Shown: positions 1 to 10,130 of the stretch, piece by piece | How the letters are laid out: every line of letters begins with the position of its first letter | How positions within the stretch are numbered: position 1 is the stretch's first letter | Assembly (NCBI RefSeq): GCF_046119375.1 | Contig: NW_027362772.1 | Span: 206,336,001-206,400,000, forward strand | DNA from: Phyllobates terribilis | Taxonomy: Eukaryota | Length of the DNA: 64,000 nt | Direction: 5' to 3' | Translations under genes and position numbers: made by a program | The notes under the pieces: generated by a model | Seen by the model: the letters and a program-made list of their open reading frames with translations, nothing else | Databases searched by the model: none | What the model was told of the DNA's origin: nothing

Positions 1-1408
1 GTTGATGATTATGGCTTACAGCCAATGAAAACACAAAAGTCATTATCTCAGTAAATTAGAATAATTAACAAAAAACACATTCCAAGGGTCCCGAAGCGTT
101 TAAAAAGGTCCCTTAGTCTGTTTCAATAGGCTCCACAATCATGGGAAAGACTTCTGACTTGACAGATGTCCAGAAGGCAGTCATTGACACACTCTACACA
201 AGGAGGGTAAGCCACAAATGGTCATTGCTAAAGAAGCTGGCTGTCCACAGAGTGCTGTATCCAAGCATATTAATGGAAAGTTGAGTGGAAGGAAAAAGTG
301 TGGTAGGAAAAAGGTGCACAAGCAACCGGGATAACCACAGCTTTGAAAGGATTGTTAAGAAAAGGCCATTCAAAAATTTGGGGGAGATTCACAAGGAGTG
401 GACTGCTGCTGGAGTCATTGCTTCAAGAGCCACCACACACAGACGTATCCAGGACATGGGCTACAAGTGTCGCATTTCTTGTGTCAAGCCACTCATGACC
501 AATAGACAACGCCAGAAGTGTCTTACCTGGGCCAAGGAGAAAAAGACATGGACTGTTGCTCAGTGGTCCAAGGTGTTGTTTTCAGAAAGTAAATTTGCAT
601 TTCATTTGGAAATCAAGGTCCCAGAGTCTGGAGGAAGAGTGGAGAGGCCACAATCCAAGCTGCTTGAGGCCTAGTGTAAAGTTTCCACAATCAGTGATGG
701 TTTGGGGAGCCATGTCATCTGCTGGTGTAGGTCCATTATGTTTTATTAAGACTAAAGTCAGTGCAGTGGTTTACCAGGAAATTTTAGAGCACTTCATGCT
801 TCCCTCTGCCCACAAGCTTTTTGGGGGTGGAAATTTCATTCTCCAGCAGGACTTGGCACCTGTCCACACTGCCAAAAGTACCAATACCTGGTTTACAAAC
901 AACAGTATTACTGTGCTTGATTGGCCAGCAAACTCGCATGACCTTAACCCCATAGAGAATCTATGGGGTATTGTCAAGAGGAAGATGAGAGACACCAGAC
1001 CCAACAATGCTGACGAGCTGAAGGCTGCTATCAAAGCAACCTGGGCTTCCATAACACCTCAGCAGTGCCACAGGCTGATCGCCTCCATGCCGCGCTGCAT
1101 TGATGCAGTAATTGATGCAAAAGGAGCCCCGACCAAGTATTGAGTGAATTTACTGAACATACATTTCAGTCGGACAACATTTTGGATTTTAAAAACATTT
1201 TTCAAGCTGGTGTTATAAAGTATTCTAATTTACTGAGAGAATGACTTTTGTGTTTTCATTGTTTGTAAACCATAATCATCAACATTAACAGAAATAACCA
1301 CTTGAAATAGATCACTCTGTCTATAATGACTCTATATAATATATGAATTTTGAAGAACTGAAATAAATTAACTTTTCAATGATATTCTAATTTTGTGAGA
1401 AGCACCTG
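1..1408 (+). mobile_element. Tc1-family DNA transposon of IR/DR type (left end extends upstream of the window)
   Basis: Bases 1-63 are the near-exact reverse complement of ~1221-1283 (long inverted repeats). The motif TATTCTAATTT occurs at both the inner (1221) and outer (1384) end of the right ITR. The element ends ...GAGAAGCACCTG at 1408. Confidence 0.9.
141..1143 (+). pseudogene. Tc1 transposase, DD34E, frameshifted
   Basis: Starts MGKTSDLTDVQKAVIDTL; HTH region (RATTHRRIQDMGY); VMVWGAM; QQDLAPVH...WPANSHDLNPIENLW with 34 residues between D and E; ends KGAPTKY*. Frameshifts near 195 and 585; the latter removes the first catalytic D (FS-ES). Confidence 0.92.
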
Positions 1409-3217
1409 TGTATGTATATACACAAATATAGATCATACAAAGAAGGCAGCACTCCAATACAAAATGCAAAGTTGAAAATGGCAATGTTTCAGTTCATAGA
1501 ACCTTTCTCAAGCCCAAAGGGCAATAAATGACACAATGTATAATATAAGACTATTGTTTTATGAATGACTAGTGTAAGTCACACATTGATACATAATGAT
1601 TAGAGATGGGTATATGAACATCATATTTTAGATATAAGTCCGGTGAAATACACACGGCCCTAATGAATTTGTTAACTTGGACTGACTCTACCAAGATGGC
1701 TAAAAGAATTAATCACCGATAACTGGAATCCCATTATGTGCGGAGGGATGAGACTCCCTCGTGTAATTTCCCTTTCCCAGTAACTGAATGGTAAAACATA
1801 CCATGTTAATAACTGCATTATGGAGGGTCCACAAGCATTTATTGTTTAGTAAATTTGTAAGGAAAGGGGTGGGAAGGCTGCTTCAGATGGGATGACGTCA
1901 GAGAGGTTACAGGGGTGAGGGCTATTCTTTGTAAGAATGGGGAGATCCATTTGGGGTTTTCTGTTTAAAATGAGTAAATGTCACTGAGAGACAATCTACA
2001 TAGTGTGCATGCACTGAGAGGCCATAGAATAGAATTTGGGAGGGGCGGCTGTACATCATCACCACCACCACTAAAATAGCCCCGCTTACATTCATGCTCA
2101 GCATCTCCCATACACACCCGCTAAGTGCAATGCACACCAGTTACACCAGCAGACATATATAACATTCAACATGCCAGGCTTAGGAATAACACTGACGCAC
2201 ATGTACTGCAGCCAGGGAGCTTTAATTGTTCAGAATGAGACCTTTGTAGATTTTACTAAATAAGGCAAAAGATCACGTCACCATCTTTCCCACCAAAGCT
2301 TTTGTATCAAGCTCAGCCATACAAATTCTAAGCAAACAGTACAGAAAGAATATACATGGAAGAGCCAGAGGCAAAGTGACTTATAGCTCGAGCACTTTCT
2401 CTTTAAGAGAACCCTTTGCAGCTCCTGATTGTTGTGGCAGAAAGCTTACAGTGATGCTGATAAAGTGATCCTGTAAGACTCAGGCTGGCCCCACACATTG
2501 TGCTTGTCCCCAGGTAATCCATCATCTCAGCCGCCCATTCACACCAGGAAAATTTACCCAGATAGAAACTTTGTTTGAAATTTCAGTTTCATTGTAGCAA
2601 AATAACTCTCTCCTCCTCTCCATAATGGGGCATTTAATTGTTACTGTTAACCCCTGCAAATTGAAGAATATTAGCGACACTTTACATATTTTGTTGCTGA
2701 TTGTTGTACTTTGTGGTTTGTCGGCTTCCATCATTTTGGTCATTTACATGCTGCGATTATGGTGAATGTGGGTCATTTATGATGGGATGATATCAGAAAA
2801 TGCTGGGTGAAAACTCAGCCTGGAGACCTCACCCAGTACTCGGCACTGCCATTACCGATATGCAAACACTAAAGCAATTTTACAGTTTTGAGTTTTAATG
2901 ATAAATTTGCAATTTTTTTTTCACGGTAATTTTTAGCGATCAGGACGATAATAAGCGGCACAAAGTTTCCAGCCCTAATAAAAGTCAATGGTCCCTCCAC
3001 GATCACAAGTACACAGTCGAACGCAGCTGCCCTCAGCCAATAACCATATACAATAACAATATATGCATGTAAAAAAAATATATATATATTTTGTATATAA
3101 ATATACACATATGACGGCAATATTACAAAGATATTCTGATAAGGGCAGTCAGTGGATGCACACATATGCACCATACATGCAGGACACATACACATAGGCA
3201 CCTCGCACGCCATTTAC

Positions 3218-3263
3218 CTCTCCAGCTGAGCAGGCACAGGGAGAGCAGGATCAGTATATCCAT
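3218..3263 (-). CDS. First coding exon of a host gene encoding a signal peptide (MDILILLSLCLLSWR+G); gene continues beyond the window start
   Basis: Minus strand reads ACCATGG (optimal Kozak), then a hydrophobic 15-codon leader, then AG|GTAAAT as a phase-1 donor. A 46-bp leader exon is typical of secreted and type I membrane proteins. The gene is not identified. Confidence 0.65.
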
Positions 3264-3400
3264 GGTCCTGTATGTCACTGTACACAGCAGCCTGCAGAAG
3301 CTGAAGAACACTGAGCAGAGACAGGCTGACGTCAGGTGGGAGAGGGAGGGTGGGAAGAGGGAGGGAGGGGGCGGACATACAGCACAGACCCCACCAGATA
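3264..3400 (-). promoter_or_regulatory. Probable 5'UTR/proximal promoter of the host gene
   Basis: Palindromic CRE TGACGTCA at 3327-3334, E-box CAGGTG at 3333-3338 and GC box GGGGCGG near 3368-3374, immediately upstream of the leader exon. A second TGACGTCA lies in intron 1 at 1893-1900. Confidence 0.45.
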
Positions 3401-4350
3401 CTAGCAGTCCTGACTACTGCAGCTCAGGGCTCCAGGTGGTGTGGCAGGGACTGGATATAGTACAGAGGGGGCTTTAAAGGTCACAATTTTGTGAACTTCT
3501 AGAGATGTTCAATCTATTTTTTCTGCAATTTTGCTGTCAACCTGGCATTTTAGCAAATATTTATTATACTACCGTATTGCGATGAATTTTGTTTTCCAGC
3601 CTTTAGATTATTATCATTGATGGTTTTCCGTTAATTGCACCAACATCTCTCCAGAAAACTGCTGCTACAATACACAATCCAATATTTTTAGTTTGTCTCG
3701 TATCAATAAATTCCATAAAAGTAGTAGGTAAATACACCATCAGCGCACTTATTTTTTGGCCTGGCATCAAGGAGGCAACGTTTTATTATTTGCACAAAAA
3801 AACTGTAGTAGTTGGACTTTAACTAACACATCAGGCCGCTGTGATATAAGCAGATTCCTATTACCCCTCCTTTTACAAATCACATTTCCCATGGTTGCTC
3901 TCTGGGTGCTGCCTGCAGAATTTTGACAGGTTATAGTTTTTTATGGTGCTGCTCTCTGTTATTACCAAGGGCTCGTTCACACCGATCCAGCTATCCATCT
4001 TTTTTTCCTATGTGGCATTAACACTGATGCAAGAAATTATCCCATAATTTGCTATGGGATCGTTCCCATTCATCTGGAGCATCAGTTGTCGACTTGGACC
4101 CTGTAAGGAGCTGGATCTTAAAAGAAACTTTTTACCAGGTTCTCCCAATATAAAGTATGGCCACCACCTTTACTAACTGTTTACAGCATTCTAGTATGCT
4201 GTATGTGAGTCCCCAATCCCCTCTGCATAGTAAAGAAAAAGACCTTTTATTATCAGATCGTACAGTCCGGTCCGATGGGTGTCTCTGGTCCTAATCGCCT
4301 CCTCTTTTTCCTCAATGGCCATCATTTTTTTCTGTTTCATGTGGATGATA

Positions 4351-5578
4351 TGTAGCACCCTGAGGATTCGGCTGCTACAGGAGTATTGCACCTCAAGCCA
4401 GAGGTGTGATATTCCACTCCCGGGTAAGGATGGAGTGTGGAACTGAGCTCGGTTAGCTGCATGCACTACATACATCCCATTTCCGAGGAGCAGACCGACG
4501 GTACTCCCACTTAGAAATGTGCAGGTACGACCGAGTCTGTTCCTGGCTGGAGTGGGAGGGGGGTGGAACATCCCATGTAGTGTAGGGGCAGATAGGGGGA
4601 GCAGCCTGGGTAAAGATAGGAGCTCATTGGGTGCTGGTCACCTGAGCTCACACATAGAGGGTGTATATAAGGTGGGCACCAACTAAGAACAGGGTCAGAT
4701 GCAGAGAACAAGTCAGATGCAGAGAACAGGTCAGTTGCAGAGAGGAAGTCAGAGAGCAGAGAAGAAAGACCCAGAGCGAGAGAGGAGAAGAGAGAGAGAG
4801 ACCCAGAGGGGGAAACAGCAGAAAAGGACTCCAAGATCCCAACTTAAATCCCCGGGTGAAGAGTCGGCGCAGGGTACCGGAACCCAAGCTGGTGGGGGGG
4901 CAAAACATACCCCAGCCAGAGACCGGAGACCGTGGGCAGCGTTTGCCACGGTCACCCACCACATCCACCCCGAAGGCACACCACATGAAGGGTCAGGGAA
5001 CCCAAGGCCAAGGGTGTCCCAACAGAAGGCCCGAGGGAGCTGGACCTAGGTGGATCACTGGTGGGGACGGCCAGAGAACGGGACAGAAGGAGAGCTCAGG
5101 GCCACGCTCCGGACTTGTTTGGGGGTTGGCTGGATCCAGGACCTGGTGGACGCAGCACGGCTCGGGTGGTCACTCGAAGCTGGAGTGACCAGTACAACAT
5201 CTGCAGTAAGTAAACACCCTTAACTGCACAACCCGACTCTGTCTTCATTGCCGTCTGCACTGCACCACCACAACCCCCATCCTCTGCACCTGTCCCCCCT
5301 GAGGCTATACCCCTCCCGTTGGGGGTTATCCCACCAAGCTGCGCACCCACCATCAGCCTCAGCGGACCCTGCTGCAGCGGCGGCCACAGTGACCGCATCA
5401 CAACGGGTGGCGTAGTCGACACAAAAGAACTCTTAATAACATCTGTAGGACTGCCACAATACAACTGAGTTTGACACCCTGGGCACGGACCGGGTCACAG
5501 CCACTCGGAAGACTACAACTCCCATCTGATCCGGCTCCGGATATTCCCCCTAAAGAATATGGCCCAGGGGGCGCGTCA
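4351..5578 (+). repeat. 5' LTR of element 1
   Basis: Direct repeat of 8097-9326 (offset 3746). TATA-like TATATAA at 4664-4670 and AGTAAA poly(A)-signal variant at 5209-5214. Confidence 0.93.
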
Positions 5579-5582
5579 ACTT

Positions 5583-5600
5583 TGGCGTAGTCGGCAGGAT
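5583..5600 (+). promoter_or_regulatory. Primer-binding site complementary to tRNA-Ser(AGA/UGA)
   Basis: TGGCGTAGTCGGCAGGAT is the reverse complement of the vertebrate tRNA-Ser 3' end ...ATCCTGCCGACTACGCCA (from memory). It lies 4 nt after the LTR end. Confidence 0.88.
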
Positions 5601-5837
5601 TACGTGCCCGCAACACCCGGGTACTGCGTGCCTGAAGAAAAGTGCAAGTTTACCTCAGAAAGAAGTCTCCCGCCGGTTCCGGAGGGTCCACGCCATCGGA
5701 CCCCATCACAGATCGTTTCCCGCCGATTGTTCGCCATTTCCAGCTTGTTCCCGCCATCTGCAGAGTTTCCCGCCACTGGGCGACGCTTCCCGCCAAATCC
5801 GAAGATTTCCCGCCTTGGAAGAGCAGCGGACGCCATT

Positions 5838-7613
5838 ATGGGCGTGCCAAAGGAGGGCAAGAGGCCGCCTCCCATCGTGGGCCAGGACAGAAAATGGCGC
5901 CAAAAGTGGAAACCGCCCCCACCAACAGAGACTGTGATGCTGGAGGTGTCTGTCAGCGTGAAAGAACTACCCCTGGAGCTGACAGTCACCGAGTTGCCCC
6001 GGGACCGCCCTCGAAGTGGGAGGAGACGAAAGAAAAGAACGAAGATGGGTGCCGCCTGGAGCAGTCTGGAGCGAGCGCACCCGGAGGCAAGAAGCCTGGA
6101 GAGGAGTCTGGAGAGAGCTTACCCGGAGATGGAGAGAAAGCAGAGCAGCACCGGCCCGCTGGCCAGGAGCCTGCTGGAAGAAGAGCAGAGCAGCACCGAC
6201 CCGTTGGTCAGGAGCCTGCTAGACACCACGACCCCACTAGGCCTAGTGGAGGTCCTTGCACAGCTCCCCCGAGACCGGGAGTGTGCACAGACTGCCCTGG
6301 AGGGCCTCGCACGGAGGATGGCCCGGGTACAGCGCGAGATATTGGCGGAATGGAGCCGGGAGATGGCCCAGCAAGCTGAGACCAGTCAACGGAGCACACT
6401 ACCCTGGAAGAGGAAACAGACCGCCTCTGAGGATGGCGCGGGAGGACCAAAGGCCGGAGACGGCGCCGAGAAGGGAGCCGGACGCAAGGAGGCAGGTAAA
6501 GGGGACGCCTATACCCCAAGCCGGGAAACCGCCCACCTGCCCCAGCTCCCCGTCGCAGAGCCCGAAAGTCCCCCTGCTGTGCCCGTAGCCGCCATGTCAC
6601 CGCTATGGACTAGGCCCCGACCGGAAGCCGCCGCAGCGACCCCTGTGACGTCACGCGCCTCGACCCGGAGCGTGACAAAGCAGGAAATACCACCAGCCTG
6701 GTCGCAAGGCCTAGTACCCCCGGGCGCCGCATCACCAACAGCGCCCCCTACCTCCGCGGAGCCTCCGGCCTGGTCGCAAGGCCAGGTAGCCCAGGGCGCC
6801 GCCGTATTAACGGTGCCCTTCACCTTCCAGGTGCCCCAGGCCTGGCCGCAAGGCCTGGGCAACCCGGGCGCCACCACCACCGCGCCCGCGCCCGTAAAAC
6901 CAAGGGTGCCACACCTGGGGGAGGACTTGTTCAGCCAGCTCACATGGCCGGACGGGCGGCCCTTCATCTGGCCCGAAGAATTCCATGAGCTGGAACGGCA
7001 GCAGAGACTAGGGCCCTTGTGTGAGCCCCTGATTCCGGCTCCGAAGCCCGTGGCACGGGTCTCGCCTCCTCTGGAAGAAGCCCAATTTGAGTGGGACCCC
7101 ACCGGAGAAGACCTAATGGGGTTCACTCAGGAAACCAGGGCAGCTGCAGCGGAGCGTGCTGAGTGTTGCCGACAGCAGCTCGAAGAGTTTGCGAGGGAGC
7201 GGAGAGAGAGGTGGGTCCGGGAACAACAGGCCCAAATAAGGAGCGCCGAGCAGAAGAGCCGAACCAGGAGGGACCCCCGTGCAGCGCACAGTCCCCGTAC
7301 CACCGGGACTGTAATAAAGTTTAACCTGCAGCATGGGTGGGGCTTCATCAGAGACAACAACACCCCCGGCGACGTCTTTGTCACGCGCAGAGACGTGGAG
7401 TCCCATCTGCCGGAGGGGCACAGAGGTCGTGACCTTTATATCGGGGACGAGGTCACCTTTACCCGGCACAAGTGTGCCAAAGGACCTTACGCCCTCCACG
7501 TACACCGCCTGACGGAGGAGGAGTTGCGGTGCGAGGAGGAGGAGCAAGAGGACCCGGACGGGTCTGAAGTTACAACCAGCTACAAGCAAAGAGCAGGAGG
7601 AAGACGCCGTTGA
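5838..7613 (+). CDS. ~591-aa protein: basic/helical N-terminus, Pro/Ala linker, EWDPTGEDLMGF motif with coiled coil, C-terminal cold-shock domain (~7302-7511)
   Basis: The frame is open from 5559 to 7613. TGTVIKFNLQHGWGFIRDNNTPGDVFVTRRDV...RDLYIGDEVTFTRHKCAKGPYALHVHRL matches the CspA/Y-box CSD pattern (RNP1 GxGFI, RNP2 DVFV, terminal KG-x-x-A-x-x-V). The start is placed at the ATG conserved in copy 2 (DAIM). Confidence 0.85.
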   Translation: MGVPKEGKRPPPIVGQDRKWRQKWKPPPPTETVMLEVSVSVKELPLELTVTELPRDRPRSGRRRKKRTKMGAAWSSLERAHPEARSLERSLERAYPEMERKQSSTGPLARSLLEEEQSSTDPLVRSLLDTTTPLGLVEVLAQLPRDRECAQTALEGLARRMARVQREILAEWSREMAQQAETSQRSTLPWKRKQTASEDGAGGPKAGDGAEKGAGRKEAGKGDAYTPSRETAHLPQLPVAEPESPPAVPVAAMSPLWTRPRPEAAAATPVTSRASTRSVTKQEIPPAWSQGLVPPGAASPTAPPTSAEPPAWSQGQVAQGAAVLTVPFTFQVPQAWPQGLGNPGATTTAPAPVKPRVPHLGEDLFSQLTWPDGRPFIWPEEFHELERQQRLGPLCEPLIPAPKPVARVSPPLEEAQFEWDPTGEDLMGFTQETRAAAAERAECCRQQLEEFARERRERWVREQQAQIRSAEQKSRTRRDPRAAHSPRTTGTVIKFNLQHGWGFIRDNNTPGDVFVTRRDVESHLPEGHRGRDLYIGDEVTFTRHKCAKGPYALHVHRLTEEELRCEEEEQEDPDGSEVTTSYKQRAGGRRR

Positions 7614-7736
7614 GTGCGGCAGAGCAGTAGATGTAAATAGTTACCCGACCGGGTACTAAAGAAACTGTTATTGCAAATATAGTCCCCGTTGGGACCAGCT
7701 GATGTGAACTGTTCACCCGTATACCCTTAATCCCAC

Positions 7737-7844
7737 AGGCTGAGGACTGTGAGCAGCCATTCCCTTTCCCTCCTTACCAGGCTGAGGACTGTGAGCAGCC
7801 ATTCCCTTTCCCTCCTTACCTGGCCAAGGACTGAGAGCGGCCAT
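7737..7844 (+). repeat. 3 tandem 42-bp units, each containing a GGCTG-N11-CAGCC-type hairpin
   Basis: GGCTGAGGACTGTGAGCAGCCAT twice plus GGCCAAGGACTGAGAGCGGCCAT; a homologous array is present in element 2. Confidence 0.8.
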
Positions 7845-8060
7845 ATCCCTGTATATAGTTGCGCTTCCTAAAGCGCCCCCTACTGGTTTTACAGGAAAAC
7901 CAGTTTTCCAGAGAGACTGTCGCACTGTACCCGGTCACACGTTGCACAGTGACCGGAGGAGGAGCCAGAGGCGACGAGAAAGTTTTATATATATAATGTT
8001 TTATATATTTTATATGTTTATGAAAAAAAATTTGTATGTTTTGGTGTTATTTATGTCTTA

Positions 8061-8096
8061 CAGCCCGAGGACGTGCTGTGATTTACCAGGGGGGAA
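8061..8096 (+). promoter_or_regulatory. Conserved pre-PPT block and polypurine tract
   Basis: CAGCCCGAGGACGTGCTGTGATTTACCAGGGGGGAA abuts the 3' LTR and is 35/36 identical to 43709-43744 in element 2. Confidence 0.85.
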
Positions 8097-9326
8097 TGTA
8101 GCACCCTGAGGATTCGGCTGCTACAGGAGTATTGCACCTCAAGCCAGAGGTGTGATATTCCACTCCCGGGTAAGGATGGAGTGTGGAACTGAGCTCGGTT
8201 AGCTGCATGCACTACATACATCCCATTTCCGAGGAGCAGACCGACGGTACTCCCACTTAGAAATGTGCAGGTACGACCGAGTCTGTTCCTGGCTGGAGTG
8301 GGAGGGGGGTGGAACATCCCATGTAGTGTAGGGGCAGATAGGGGGAGCAGCCTGGGTAAAGATAGGAGCTCATTGGGTGCTGGTCACCTGAGCTCACACA
8401 TAGAGGGTGTATATAAGGTGGGCACCAACTAAGAACAGGGTCAGATGCAGAGAACAAGTCAGATGCAGAGAACAGGTCAGTTGCAGAGAGGAAGTCAGAG
8501 AGCAGAGAAGAAAGACCCAGAGCGAGAGAGGAGAAGAGAGAGAGAGACCCAGAGGGGGAAACAGCAGAAAAGGACTCCAAGATCCCAACTTAAATCCCCG
8601 GGTGAAGAGTCGGCGCAGGGTACCGGAACCCAAGCTGGTGGGGGGGCAAAACATACCCCAGCCAGAGACCGGAGACCGTGGGCAGCGTTTGCCACGGTCA
8701 CCCACCACATCCACCCCGAAGGCACACCACATGAAGGGTCAGGGAACCCAAGGCCAAGGGTGTCCCAACAGAAGGCCCGAGGGAGCTGGACCTAGGTGGA
8801 TCACTGGTGGGGACGGCCAGAGAACGGGACAGAAGGAGAGCTCAGGGCCACGCTCCGGACTTGTTTGGGGGTTGGCTGGATCCAGGACCTGGTGGACGCA
8901 GCACGGCTCGGGTGGTCACTCGAAGCTGGAGTGACCAGTACAACATCTGCAGTAAGTAAACACCCTTAACTGCACAACCCGACTCTGTCTTCATTGCCGT
9001 CTGCACTGCACCACCACAACCCCCATCCTCTGCACCTGTCCCCTCTGAGGCTATACCCCTCCCGTTGGGGGTTATTCCACCAAGCTGCGCACCCACCATC
9101 AGCCTCAGCGGACCCTGCTGCAGCGGCGGCCACAGTGACCGCATCACAACGGGTGGCGTAGTCGACACAAAAGAACTCTTAATAACATCTGTAGGACTGC
9201 CACATAACACTGAGTTTGACGCCCTGGGCACGGGCCGGGTCACAGCCGCTCGGAGACTACAACCCCCCATCAGATCCGGTGCCGGGTATTCCCCTCAAAA
9301 AGGAATATGTCCCAGGGGGCGCGTCA
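8097..9326 (+). repeat. 3' LTR of element 1
   Basis: Near-identical to 4351-5578 except in the last ~125 bp. Confidence 0.93.
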
Positions 9327-10130
9327 GATACGTCCTACATTATCCACATAGTGTCCCCCAACTGCGTTCCTGTGCAGGTGCACGTCTCTCTGCCTTGCCA
9401 TGGGCAGAGCAAGGTACTGCAGTGCGCATTCGCTGGGAACGGCCACAGGGCGCTGGTAACCCAGAAGTAATGCCAGCACATGCGCACTACAATACTGCAC
9501 TCTGCCATAAGCAAGGCAGAAAGAAGTACGCCTGCGCAGCAGTGTGACGGGGGGACACTGTGTGGATGACGTAGGACTCATCATTCACATAAAGCAGGTC
9601 AGGAGGACGGTGATTGCAACGACAGAGGACGTGGCGGATCAAGATGCCTGCCAAACCGGACCATACTGTATGTAGATATAATTAAAGGTCTTTTTTTTGC
9701 TATGCAGAGGGGATTGAGGACATACATGCAGCTTACTAGAATGCTGTAAAAGAGTGGGTAAAGATGGTGGCCGTATTTTATATTGGAAAAACCTGGTCAC
9801 AGATCCCCTTTAAAGCCTGATGACACATGATGCCGTTTTGTGATCAGCTAAGATACAAATAAATTGATCCAGATGGCACAGAAAAATGTAAATATAGCCT
9901 CAAATCATTTCTGGGCTACTAAAGTTACCTGGTATGTCCTCCCCAGTTTATTACAGGCACATTACAGTACCCACTGTGGTAAAGCGACTTGCTCGGCTCT
10001 CACAGAGGCAGACACAGGACACACGTCTCGGGTTAGCTCCCTGCTGGTTTATTATATGGCATAGATTCCAGCAGCGTTCCACAAAAATAAACAAATCCTC
10101 TCTAGGATAAAGGGAAAACAAAAGATAAAG

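Larger units (their letters stand above)
4351..9326 (+). mobile_element. Non-autonomous LTR retrotransposon, copy 1, encoding a cold-shock-domain protein
   Basis: Two ~1.23-kb direct repeats with TGTA...GTCA ends; 4-bp TSD GATA (4347-4350 and 9327-9330); PBS at 5583; PPT at 8088-8096; a single internal ORF with no protease, RT, RNase H or integrase motifs. Confidence 0.93.
4122..9809. mobile_element. Palindromic TTAA-flanked MITE (Kolobok/T2-like), split by LTR element 1
   Basis: TTAA at 4118-4121 and 9810-9813. The arms are inverted (ACCAGGTTCTCCCAATATAAAGTATGGCCACC versus GGTGGCCGTATTTTATATTGGAAAAACCTGGT). Removing 4351-9330 restores a ~0.7-kb foldback element. Confidence 0.75.

Noticed and set aside
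2522-2743. Minus-strand ORF as exon 2 of the host gene
   Set aside because: The candidate acceptor (TTTGCAG) gives an early stop in phase 1, which is incompatible with the leader exon.
2625-2765. 46-aa ORF with a hydrophobic stretch (MGHLIV...IYMLRLW)
   Set aside because: Short, T-rich and antisense within the presumed host intron; no homology or splice support.
4511-5464. Several 76-175-aa ORFs in the LTRs (repeated at 8257-9270)
   Set aside because: They occur in multiple frames on both strands of GC/GA-rich LTR sequence and are not conserved in the other LTR subfamilies.
5559-5837. N-terminal 93 codons of the 684-aa ORF call
   Set aside because: The ATG lies inside the LTR and the frame runs through the PBS; element 2 lacks this extension. 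The conserved start is the DAIM methionine at 5838.
6734-6745. PTAP late-domain-like motif in the CSD protein
   Set aside because: It lies in a low-complexity Pro/Ala/Thr linker and is absent from element 2, so it is probably chance.
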